The notes under the pieces: generated by a model
Told to the model about the DNA's origin: nothing
Seen by the model: only the letters and a program-made list of their open reading frames with translations
The model's database searches: none
Source: Thermoplasmata archaeon
Lineage (GTDB): Archaea > Thermoplasmatota > Thermoplasmata > UBA10834
Length of the DNA: 64,000 nucleotides
Direction of reading: 5' to 3'
NCBI GenBank assembly: GCA_038852315.1
Contig: JAWCKF010000001.1
Location: 23,542-87,541, forward strand
Part shown: positions 49,750-58,655 of the stretch, piece after piece
Layout: the number at the start of each line of letters is the position of its first letter
Numbering within the stretch: position 1 is the first letter of the stretch
Translations under genes and position numbers: made by a program

Positions 49750-50682
49750 ATGCCTAGGCCGAAGGTTATGAACACAATACTGGACGCAGTCGGCAACACC
49801 CCCATGGTGAGGCTGAACAGGGTTGTGCCCGATGGGGCCGCGACGGTCTACGCGAAGCTGGAGTCGTTCAACCCCATGTGCTCGGTCAAGGACAGGATAG
49901 CGAAAGCTATGATCGAGGTCGCGGAGAGGAAGGGGAAGATCGGCAAGGATACGACCATCATCGAGCCGACCTCGGGCAACACTGGCATCGGGCTCGCGAT
50001 GGTGTGCGCGGTCAAGGGCTATAGACTCATCCTCACCATGCCCGAAACCATGAGCCTCGAGAGACGGCGTGTTATGAAGGCCTTGGGCGCGGAACTCGTG
50101 CTCACGCCCGGTTCTGAAGGCATGACCGGAGCAGTGAGAAAGGCCGAGGAGCTCGCCAATAGCATCCCAAACTCGTTCATGCCGCAACAGTTCAAGAACA
50201 AGGCGAACCCATGGATCCACCGGAAGACGACCGCGAAGGAGATACTGCGCGCAATCGACGGGATCGATGCGTTCGTGGCCGGCGTTGGCACCGGCGGGAC
50301 AATCACTGGCGTAGGTCAGGTCCTTCGCCGGAAGTATCCTCAGATCAAGATATTCGCTGTCGAGCCCGAGGATTCGCCAGTCCTCTCGGGAGGCAAGCCG
50401 GGGCCGCACAAGATCCAGGGCATAGGCGCGGGGTTCGTGCCCGATGTGCTCGACACGAGAATATACAGCGCCGTCATCAGAGTCGCGACGAAGGATGCGA
50501 TGGAGACCTCAAGGCAACTGGCTAGGCTTGAGGGGCTTCTCGTTGGCATCTCGTCGGGCGCGGCGGCCTGGGCGGCGATAGAGGTCGCGAAGGACCTGGG
50601 CTCGGGGAAGACGGTCGTGACCGTGCTGCCAGACATTGGAGAAAGATATTTGAGCACTGACCTGTTTGCAGAAGGTTCATAA
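49750..50682 (+). CDS. cysK: Cysteine synthase A (O-acetylserine sulfhydrylase)
   Basis: SVKDR (PLP Lys), [32 protein letters not shown]. Confidence 0.96.
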   Translation: MPRPKVMNTILDAVGNTPMVRLNRVVPDGAATVYAKLESFNPMCSVKDRIAKAMIEVAERKGKIGKDTTIIEPTSGNTGIGLAMVCAVKGYRLILTMPETMSLERRRVMKALGAELVLTPGSEGMTGAVRKAEELANSIPNSFMPQQFKNKANPWIHRKTTAKEILRAIDGIDAFVAGVGTGGTITGVGQVLRRKYPQIKIFAVEPEDSPVLSGGKPGPHKIQGIGAGFVPDVLDTRIYSAVIRVATKDAMETSRQLARLEGLLVGISSGAAAWAAIEVAKDLGSGKTVVTVLPDIGERYLSTDLFAEGS

Positions 50683-51404
50683 TGCCGCCAGAGGAAAAGG
50701 ACGATGTGGACATAGTTCTGGAGCGCGATCCGGCGCCAAAGAGCAGAGCGGAGGCGCTGCTGTTCAGCCCGGGATTGCACGCGATAAAGCTCCACAGGAT
50801 AGCGCACAGGCTGTACCTCAAGGGACGCTTCAAGACCGCGAGGGCGATCAACTACGTGTCGCGTATACTCACGGGTGCGGACATCCATCCTGGCGCGAAG
50901 ATAGGCCGGAACTTCTTCATCGACCATGCGACTGGCGTGGTCATCGGCGAGACAGCAGAGATCGGAGACAATGTCTCGATATACCAAGGCGTGACCCTCG
51001 GAGGCGTGAGCACGGAGAAGAAGAAGCGCCACCCGACGATAGGCAACAATGTCGTCATAGGCGCTGGCGCCACAATCCTAGGGCCCGTTACCATCGGAGA
51101 CAACGTGCGCGTGGGCGCTGGCTCTGTCGTAGTGAAGTCGGTCCCTCCAAACTCGACCGTCGTCGGCGTCCCCGCGAAGATAGTTGCGAGGGACGGATCG
51201 ACAAAGATCGACCTACACCACGAGGAACTCCCGGACCCCGTGGTGAACGCGTTCATAGACATGTGCCACAGCCTGTCCGAGATGGAGTACCGCATGGAGC
51301 AGATCGAGAAGAAGCTCGGGATCGAGCACAAGAAGATCGCACTGCCCACGCCGATCAAGAACAGGTCTTCTGAAGTCGCCTGTCCAGCGGAGGACAAGCA
51401 TTAA
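50682..51404 (+). CDS. cysE: Serine O-acetyltransferase
   Basis: [31 protein letters not shown] hexapeptide repeats. Confidence 0.95.
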   Translation: MPPEEKDDVDIVLERDPAPKSRAEALLFSPGLHAIKLHRIAHRLYLKGRFKTARAINYVSRILTGADIHPGAKIGRNFFIDHATGVVIGETAEIGDNVSIYQGVTLGGVSTEKKKRHPTIGNNVVIGAGATILGPVTIGDNVRVGAGSVVVKSVPPNSTVVGVPAKIVARDGSTKIDLHHEELPDPVVNAFIDMCHSLSEMEYRMEQIEKKLGIEHKKIALPTPIKNRSSEVACPAEDKH

Positions 51405-51435
51405 GCCCACGCCGGCGTTTGGAGGGGCGGATTCA

Positions 51436-52890
51436 ATGGCTATAGTCATCTACAACACGCTGACCAGGAGGAAGGAGACCTTCGTGCCCCTTCACGGACG
51501 CAAGGTCGGCATGTACGTGTGCGGAGTGACAGTCTACGACAGGAGCCATCTTGGACACGCGCGCTCGGCCATCAACTTCGATGTCATCGTCAGGTGGCTG
51601 AGGTACAGAGGATATGAGGTCAACCACGTCACCAACTTCACGGACGTTGACGACAAGGCGATAGCGAGGGCACAGGAGCTCGGCATCGGCACCCTCGAGC
51701 TCACGGAGAGGATGATAGCTGAGTACTTCCGTGACATGGACGCCTTGAAGGTGAGGAGGGCGACCGTCTACCCGAAGGCCAGCGAGACAGTGCCCGAGAT
51801 AATCGCCATGGTCAAGGGCCTCATTGACAGGGGGTACGCGTACGAGTCCCGTGGCTCCGTCTATTTCAGCGTGAGGAAGGCGAAGGAGTATGGCAAGTTG
51901 TCGCACCAGACCCTCGACCAGATGGAGGCTGGGGCGAGAATCGAGCCTGGTGAGGACAAACGCGACCCGATGGACTTCGCGCTCTGGAAGGCGGCGAAGC
52001 CGGGTGAGATCAGCTGGGACAGCCCGTGGGGGAAAGGCAGGCCCGGATGGCATATCGAATGCTCTGCCATGTGCCTGAAGCACATAGGCAAGACGGTGGA
52101 CATTCATGGCGGGGGTACTGACCTGATCTTCCCCCACCACGAGAACGAGATACTCCAGTCGGAGGCCTACAATGATGCGCCGTTCGTTCGATATTGGATG
52201 CACAACGGCATGCTGACCATCGACCAGGAGAAGATGTCGAAGTCTCTGAAGAACTACTTCTCGATCGCGGACGTCCTGAGGGTGTACCCCGCGGAGGTCG
52301 TACGGTTCTATCTCTTGAACGCCAGCTACAGGGCGCCGCTGGAGTACAACGAGAATACGCTCGGCGAGGCCGCCAAGGCGCTAGAGAGGCTCCAGAACGC
52401 ATACGACAACATGAGGGCCGCGATGAGGAGCGCGTGCGGCGTGGACGATGCATCAGGCCTTTGCGCGAACGCTTGGAGCAGGTTCGAGCAGCACATGGAC
52501 GACGATTTCAGCACGCGCGATGCGATAGCGGTCATCTTCGACCTGGCGAGGGAGGCGAACAAGATGCTGACCGACGGGCGGCTCAGCGCGAAGGGCGCTG
52601 CGAACGTCGTGGGGGTCATGTCCAGGTTCAACGAGATATTCGACGTGCTGAGGGAAGAGGGCACGAAGATGCTCGCGACCGGGCTGGATGCCGATATCGA
52701 GCTGGTGAGTCCGGCTTCGATGCCCCAGGGAGGGCTGAGCGACGAAGAGGTAGAACTCTGGTTGAGGAGGAGAGAGGTCGCTAGGAGGCGGAAGGACTTC
52801 GCATACGCGGATGCCGTCCGCCAGAAGCTTGCGGAGAGAGGCATCGAGATCCGAGATTCGAAAGATGGTGCCACATGGAAGCGAAAGTGA
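51436..52890 (+). CDS. cysS: Cysteinyl-tRNA synthetase
   Basis: CGVTVY, HLGH, GRPGWHIEC, FPHHENE, KMSKS. Confidence 0.97.
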   Translation: MAIVIYNTLTRRKETFVPLHGRKVGMYVCGVTVYDRSHLGHARSAINFDVIVRWLRYRGYEVNHVTNFTDVDDKAIARAQELGIGTLELTERMIAEYFRDMDALKVRRATVYPKASETVPEIIAMVKGLIDRGYAYESRGSVYFSVRKAKEYGKLSHQTLDQMEAGARIEPGEDKRDPMDFALWKAAKPGEISWDSPWGKGRPGWHIECSAMCLKHIGKTVDIHGGGTDLIFPHHENEILQSEAYNDAPFVRYWMHNGMLTIDQEKMSKSLKNYFSIADVLRVYPAEVVRFYLLNASYRAPLEYNENTLGEAAKALERLQNAYDNMRAAMRSACGVDDASGLCANAWSRFEQHMDDDFSTRDAIAVIFDLAREANKMLTDGRLSAKGAANVVGVMSRFNEIFDVLREEGTKMLATGLDADIELVSPASMPQGGLSDEEVELWLRRREVARRRKDFAYADAVRQKLAERGIEIRDSKDGATWKRK

Positions 52891-53915
52891 ACGCCGAGAA
52901 CGCCCGAAGAAAGGCGGAGTTGATCGTGGGCGGTCCGGTGAGGATACCGAAGGACTTCCGGCTGCCCTTCCTCCCGAGCAGGTCGACCGCAGGCCCCGGC
53001 GCGGGGCTTGCTTCCGTGGTGTTCGCCTTCGGCAACACCAGGGTGAAGAAGCCCATATCCAGGACCGAGGGCGACTTCGAGCTGGTCGAGAAGGCCGGCA
53101 CCCTCCAGATAGTGCGACGCGGCGCGGTCTTCGTGGAGGAGGTCGAGATTCTGCCTACGCTGCTTCACGCCCCCCACCAGGCGTTCATCAACATCGACCA
53201 CGCGTGCGTGTACGACTGCAAGTTCTGCAGCTCCCCGCGACTGGGCCGCGAGGTCACCAAGAACCTCACAGATGACAAGGTAGTGGAGATGATAGCCGAG
53301 GCCTCGAGGAACGAAGACTTCGAAGCTGTCGCGTTCACCAGCGCTGTTACGCAGTCACCAGAGATTACCGTAGAGAGGATGGTGAGACTGGTTAGACGCG
53401 TCAGGCAGATGCTGCCCGACACACCGATAGGCGTGGAGCCATATGCCGTGCACCCCAGACAGATAGACGAGCTCAGGGAAGCCGGGGCGGATGAGATCAA
53501 GCTGAACATAGAGTCGTTCAATCCAGATATCTTCGAGAAGGTCTGCCCTGATAGAGACTATGCGGCCATACTCCATTCAATAAACCACGCGTGTAAGGTG
53601 TTCGGCAAGAACAGGGTCTGCTCGAACATCATTCTGGGCCTCGGGGAGAGCGATGACGACGTCATTGAGGGTACGAAGGTGCTTGCGAACATGGGTTGCG
53701 TGGCGACCCTGAGGGCGCTCCGCAAGAGCGAATACAACGCTGCCGAGCTGGAGAGGGCGCTGGGCCCTCTGACTCCGCTCACGGCTGACAGAGTACTTTC
53801 GCTGGCACGGGCTCAGAAGGATGTACTAGCGAGCTATGGGCTGACTCCCCTCAAGTTCAGGACCATGTGCCATGCATGCCTTGCGTGCGACATCGTGCCC
53901 TTCTGGGATGTGTGA
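52875..53915 (+). CDS. Radical SAM protein (biotin-synthase-related) of unknown function
   Basis: CVYDCKFC (CxxxCxxC), IKLNIE, IILGLGE, additional C-terminal CHACLAC; overlaps cysS by 16 nt. Confidence 0.85.
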   Translation: MEAKVNAENARRKAELIVGGPVRIPKDFRLPFLPSRSTAGPGAGLASVVFAFGNTRVKKPISRTEGDFELVEKAGTLQIVRRGAVFVEEVEILPTLLHAPHQAFINIDHACVYDCKFCSSPRLGREVTKNLTDDKVVEMIAEASRNEDFEAVAFTSAVTQSPEITVERMVRLVRRVRQMLPDTPIGVEPYAVHPRQIDELREAGADEIKLNIESFNPDIFEKVCPDRDYAAILHSINHACKVFGKNRVCSNIILGLGESDDDVIEGTKVLANMGCVATLRALRKSEYNAAELERALGPLTPLTADRVLSLARAQKDVLASYGLTPLKFRTMCHACLACDIVPFWDV

Positions 53916-53917
53916 GC

Positions 53918-55585
53918 TCAGGTGTGAGTGAACACGCATCTCACAGAGGGAGAGACGCTCTCGACCCTGACGTATGCGAACCTCTCCAGCTGGACCACTT
54001 TGCCCAGGGCTCGCTTGATCATCGGCTCCGCGAGCCCCTTTCTGACAGAGCCGTCCGTCATCAGGATCTCGGCATCGAGCGAGTTCGTGGGGACCCAGTG
54101 GACTATCTGCACCCCCTCTTTCAGGATGGACAAGTCGTTCCCTGCGTACCTGGCCCTGGTGCCTTCCAGCTCGATGTTGCAGAGGTCCTTCAGCCTCAGC
54201 CGCCTAGGACGCCGCTCCAGATCTGAGCTGCACACGAACACCTCGGGCTCGGGGCCCACTCTCAGCTCCCTTACGCCCCTCTCGGGATGCTCAGGATGAA
54301 CGGGCGCGCGCGCCACGAGCTCTGGCGCCCCCTCTATCCTGAGCTTCACCGGATCCCAGACGAAGAAGTACCTGTCTGCGGTGTCGTCTATCAGCTCCCG
54401 GTTGAACGAGTACAGGGTCTTCCAGGAGAAGGCGATGTCGACCTCCTTGATGCCCGTCTCGACCCAATACCGCCTGATGGCCTCGGGACGTATGCCTCGC
54501 CTCCTGAGGGCTTGGAGCGTTCCCAGCCGTGGGTCATCCCAGCCCGAGTACTGCCCATCCCGTATCCCCTTTGCCGTTGCGGACTTCTTCAGCTGGGCCT
54601 CCTCTATTGAAACCCTGCCGTAGTGTATGAACACGGGCATCTTCCATCCCATGTATCGGTAGATGTACTCCTGCCTGTAGGTGTTGTTGAGGTGGTCCTT
54701 CCCTCTGAGGACGTGTGTCAGGTTCAACATGTAGTCATCTACCGCGACGGCCAGGTTCATGAGCGGGTAGACGCGGTACCTAGTACCCGTGCGCGGATGG
54801 GGCGTGTCGTCAATCCTCAGGCCGACGAAGTCTCGTATAGCTGGGTTCGGGTGCTCCAGGTCTGTCTTGATGACCAGCGAGGCCTCCTCCGGTCCGTAGG
54901 TGCCGTCGAACATTCGGTCCCAGCGCGAGAGCTGCTCTGAAAGCGGCTGCTCCCTGTGAGGGCACGCAACCTTGCGGTTCTTTAGCTCGCGCCAGGTATC
55001 GGGCCTACACTCGCACACATAGGCCTTGCCCATCTCCAGCAGTCTCCTCGCGACGTCGTAGTAGAGTTCGAACCTGTCGCTCTGGATTATGGTCTCGTGA
55101 ACCTTCACGCCCAGCCATTCGAGGTCTTGCGGGATCGTCTCATAGCCGGTCGGATCGACCCTCGCGGGGTCCGTGTCCTCGAACCTGTTGATGCACCGCC
55201 CCCCATACCGCTTGACGTACTCATCGTTCAGGATCGCCATCCGGCTGTGCCCCAGGTGAAGCGGACCGGAGGGGTTGGGCGCGAGACGCATCCTGACCTC
55301 GCCCGTAACCCCGGGAAGGTCTGGAAGGCCGACCTCGCGTGTCTTCGACACCCTCTGGAGCAGCTCTGGAGCCAGTTCTTCGAGCGCCCTCCTCTGAGCC
55401 TCTCGGGACATCTTGTTGACTTCCTCGACTATGCCTTTGGCAACCGAGGAGATCTCCTTGGCGCGCTGCCTCAGCTCTGGGTTTTCGGCCATGACCTTTC
55501 CCAGCACCGCCCCGACGGAAGCCTTTCCCGAGAACTGCGCTGCGTTCTGGAGCGCATATTTCCTGATGATCGACTCGACATCCAC
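53918..55585 (-). CDS. gltX: Archaeal glutamyl-tRNA synthetase
   Basis: KYALQNA N-terminal domain, APNPSGPLHLGH, RFEDTDP, THVLRGKDH, GWDDPRL; GTG start at 55585. Confidence 0.95.
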   Translation of the reverse strand: MDVESIIRKYALQNAAQFSGKASVGAVLGKVMAENPELRQRAKEISSVAKGIVEEVNKMSREAQRRALEELAPELLQRVSKTREVGLPDLPGVTGEVRMRLAPNPSGPLHLGHSRMAILNDEYVKRYGGRCINRFEDTDPARVDPTGYETIPQDLEWLGVKVHETIIQSDRFELYYDVARRLLEMGKAYVCECRPDTWRELKNRKVACPHREQPLSEQLSRWDRMFDGTYGPEEASLVIKTDLEHPNPAIRDFVGLRIDDTPHPRTGTRYRVYPLMNLAVAVDDYMLNLTHVLRGKDHLNNTYRQEYIYRYMGWKMPVFIHYGRVSIEEAQLKKSATAKGIRDGQYSGWDDPRLGTLQALRRRGIRPEAIRRYWVETGIKEVDIAFSWKTLYSFNRELIDDTADRYFFVWDPVKLRIEGAPELVARAPVHPEHPERGVRELRVGPEPEVFVCSSDLERRPRRLRLKDLCNIELEGTRARYAGNDLSILKEGVQIVHWVPTNSLDAEILMTDGSVRKGLAEPMIKRALGKVVQLERFAYVRVESVSPSVRCVFTHT

Positions 55586-55696
55586 GGCCGACTCGATTGG
55601 CGCGAGCGTATAAAAAGGGTTGTGAGCAGCGCGTAGCCAGGACTGGGAAGAAAGGTTAGAAATACGCTCTGGTTGATGCTCTGGCGGGGTGCATCG

Positions 55697-56962
55697 TTGT
55701 CTGTCAGGTCGTTCCTGGACAGGTTCAAGGAAACCATCGTCGTGAAGGGCCACATAAGCAGGGAGCTTGAGCTCACGCGCATACTGCACAAGGAGAGGAC
55801 GAGGCCCGTGCTCTTCGAGAACCTGGATGGATACAGGGCGGTCGGCAACCTGTGGTCTACCAGGGAGAGGATCGCCGATGCGATGGGCGTGCAGCCCGCT
55901 GAACTCACGCGACTCATGATGCAGGCCATGGACGCTCCCTCCGCCCCCCAGGAGATCGACAACGCACCGTTCGACAAGAACACACTGACGGACTTCGACC
56001 TTCGCGAGTCGGCCATCCCGAAGTTCTACAGCAGTGACGGCGGGAGGTACGTGACCGCAGGTGTGGTGATCGCGGAGCACGACGGTATAAGGAACATGTC
56101 TTTCCACAGGCTGATGCTCTTGGGAGAGAACAGGTTTGCCATCAGACTCGTGCCGAGGCACCTCTATGCGCTTCACCAGCGGGCCATGGACAAGGGCGAG
56201 GACCTCAAGATAGCGGTTGCCATCGGGCTGTGCCCCTCGGTGTTGCTCCCTGCCGCGATGAATCTCGAGTTCGGCAAGGACGAGCTTCATGTTGCGAACT
56301 CTCTCAGGCAGCTCTGCCTAAGGGAGCCCGTGTACGTCCGGAGGATAAGGAACGGCCTGTTGGTCCCGGCCTTCGCCGAGTATGTATTCGAGGGCAGGAT
56401 CACGCGTGAGACAGCGGACGAGGGACCGTTCGTCGACATCACCGGCACCGTCGATCCCGTGAGGAAGCAACCGGTCGTGGAGATCGACAGGATATACCAT
56501 CGGGACGATGCGATCTTCCACCTGATACTCCCGGGGGCGAACGAGCACTACCTTATGATGGGCATGCCCCGCGAACCGGTGATCCAGAAGGCGGTCGGGC
56601 TCGCAGTTCCCGAGGTTCACGCCGTTCGCCTCACCGAGGGCGGATGCTGCTGGCTGCACGGCGTCGTTTCCATAACGAAGCAGAGGGAAGGCGATGCCGT
56701 GAACGCCATCATGGCTGCTCTGGGTTCCCACCCATCGATGAAGATGGTGACGATAGTGGACCGTGACATCGACATCTTCGACGACCGCGAGGTCGAGTGG
56801 GCAGTCGCGACTCGGTTCCAGGGCCACAGAGGCCTCGTGGTCGTAGAGAACGCTCGAGGAAGCAGTCTAGACCCCAGCGCCGACGAAACCACTACGAAGG
56901 TGGGCATAGATGCGACCAAACCGGTCGGCGCGAAGGGATTCGACAGGGTTCTACCCTCCTGA
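55697..56962 (+). CDS. UbiD-family prFMN decarboxylase, short archaeal type (probable anhydromevalonate-phosphate decarboxylase)
   Basis: DGGRYVT, SFHR, EGPFVDITG, GGCCWLH, VEWAVATR, GSSLDPS, GIDATK. Confidence 0.85.
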   Translation: MSVRSFLDRFKETIVVKGHISRELELTRILHKERTRPVLFENLDGYRAVGNLWSTRERIADAMGVQPAELTRLMMQAMDAPSAPQEIDNAPFDKNTLTDFDLRESAIPKFYSSDGGRYVTAGVVIAEHDGIRNMSFHRLMLLGENRFAIRLVPRHLYALHQRAMDKGEDLKIAVAIGLCPSVLLPAAMNLEFGKDELHVANSLRQLCLREPVYVRRIRNGLLVPAFAEYVFEGRITRETADEGPFVDITGTVDPVRKQPVVEIDRIYHRDDAIFHLILPGANEHYLMMGMPREPVIQKAVGLAVPEVHAVRLTEGGCCWLHGVVSITKQREGDAVNAIMAALGSHPSMKMVTIVDRDIDIFDDREVEWAVATRFQGHRGLVVVENARGSSLDPSADETTTKVGIDATKPVGAKGFDRVLPS

Positions 56963-57078
56963 TCGAGAGGGGCCCAGCATTCCACGCACAGAGGCACCTG
57001 GCTTCATAGAGGCTGCTGTTGCGAAATCATCATAGAAGGGCATATGTATCATGGTTCGACGGCTCCGGGGGCTAGGCT

Positions 57079-58188
57079 ATGAGACCGATGAGGTTCAATC
57101 TGTTGACGCTCATGGGCGCTGTGATTGGGGCGATATCCATATTCCTGACATGGGTACACGGCCGAGAGGAGGCCATGCTGGGTCCCCGATCGCCGCGCGA
57201 CCCGGTGCCCACCGGACCGTTCCGAGACCCGATGAACCTGCTCGAGACGACTTTCATCCAGTATTCGACCATCGAGTTCTGGTTGGCAGCTCTGTTCTTT
57301 GTCGTGGGGACCGTGCTGCTGTTCTACACCTCATGGGGCGTGATCTCCCAGATCGTGGGATACCTTGCGTTCCTCCACGCCTACGCAACTGCCAGCTGGA
57401 TCAGCTCGATACCCGCGTACGGCATGGGACCCAAGCTCGGCCTCGTCTCCGCAATCTTCTGCTTCACATCGCTGGTGTTCCCCTACTGGATAGGGAAACG
57501 CGCCGAGAAGGGGAGCGTATTGAACAGGTTCCTCGCCGTGGACCCCGGCGGCAGCACGAAGCTGCTGCTACCGTCTTTGTTCGCCGTCTTCGCAGGCCTG
57601 ACCTTCTTCCTCAGCCTCGTGACTTCATACAGCGAGTACCGCCTGTCCGTGAGCGACAAATCTGCCGATACCGCCTCCATCCTCTTCGCGGCGGCCGGGT
57701 TCATACTAATGGCACTGGCGTACCTGAGGTTGTTCTGGGACGCGACCCCGATGAGCGCCGAAGCTGCCGCAAAGGCCGCAGAGGTCGAGTTCCCGCTCCT
57801 CCAATACCTCAAGACCAGATGGAAGGTCCTCCTCGCTGTGGTCGTTGCCTTCATCGTAGTACTGGCAGGCCTCGCATTCGTGTACAAAGGTGACACCTGC
57901 GAGATCTCGATCACCGTGAGGAACTCGGACCCGAGCCTGTCCTGTCAGTACGGGCTGCTCGTCAACGGCGTCATGAAGGTTAACGCCACCCTTGCTCCCG
58001 GCGAGAGCGCGACGAGCACCTTCTCAGTGCCAACAGGTTGGTACACGGTCCAGGCAGACTATGTATGGCTGAACGACTCGGTGGTGAAAGGGCTGGGCAC
58101 TTCAGTGGATTTCGAGCGCATCGTGCAGCTCATGCCTTTCCGCAGCGCTTCGATGGAGTACTCGATACCCGCGCAGTCTAGTGATTGA
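57079..58188 (+). CDS. Hypothetical multi-pass membrane protein with C-terminal extracellular beta domain
   Basis: About 7 hydrophobic helices followed by a beta-rich segment with N-x-S/T sequons. Confidence 0.6.
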   Translation: MRPMRFNLLTLMGAVIGAISIFLTWVHGREEAMLGPRSPRDPVPTGPFRDPMNLLETTFIQYSTIEFWLAALFFVVGTVLLFYTSWGVISQIVGYLAFLHAYATASWISSIPAYGMGPKLGLVSAIFCFTSLVFPYWIGKRAEKGSVLNRFLAVDPGGSTKLLLPSLFAVFAGLTFFLSLVTSYSEYRLSVSDKSADTASILFAAAGFILMALAYLRLFWDATPMSAEAAAKAAEVEFPLLQYLKTRWKVLLAVVVAFIVVLAGLAFVYKGDTCEISITVRNSDPSLSCQYGLLVNGVMKVNATLAPGESATSTFSVPTGWYTVQADYVWLNDSVVKGLGTSVDFERIVQLMPFRSASMEYSIPAQSSD

Positions 58189-58280
58189 CGACCTCGATGT
58201 TCTTTGGCTGTTGCAGGGGCAACCATTACGCGAAAAGCCTTATATAATCAGCCACCCTAGCGAGCCGTGAGGCCGAACGA

Positions 58281-58595
58281 ATGGTCACAGTCACGCCAAA
58301 AGCGATTGAGGTAATGAAGACGATAGTCGAGGAGCCGAAGCGGAAGGAACCGATCAGGATCTTCTTCGCCGGATATTCCTGCTCGGGTCCGGCGTACATG
58401 ATGGGGTTCGACAAGAAAACAGACAACGATGTTGAGGTCGCGGCAGACGGCTTCAGGATAATCTACGAGAGGGGCTTGGAGGAAGACCTGAAGGATGCTG
58501 TCGTGGACTCGGTCGACACGCCGCAGGGGCCAGGTATAGTGGTCCGCCTGAAGAGCGTTGGGTCGGCGTGCTCCTCGTGCGCGGGCTGTCACTGA
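58281..58595 (+). CDS. HesB/IscA-like Fe-S carrier protein
   Basis: VTVTPKA, IRIFFAGYSCSGP, C-terminal CSSCAGC. Confidence 0.8.
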   Translation: MVTVTPKAIEVMKTIVEEPKRKEPIRIFFAGYSCSGPAYMMGFDKKTDNDVEVAADGFRIIYERGLEEDLKDAVVDSVDTPQGPGIVVRLKSVGSACSSCAGCH

Positions 58596-58655
58596 GGCTA
58601 CATTCGCCCCGCCAAGGAGAAAACATTCATACGCCCGACGGGCTCTCAAAGGCCC

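Noticed and set aside
55586..56290. 235-aa N-terminal extension of gltX in the ORF track (790-aa ORF)
   Set aside because: It overlaps ubiD antisense; GluRS similarity begins at GTG 55585, with a TATA-like TTTTTATA just upstream
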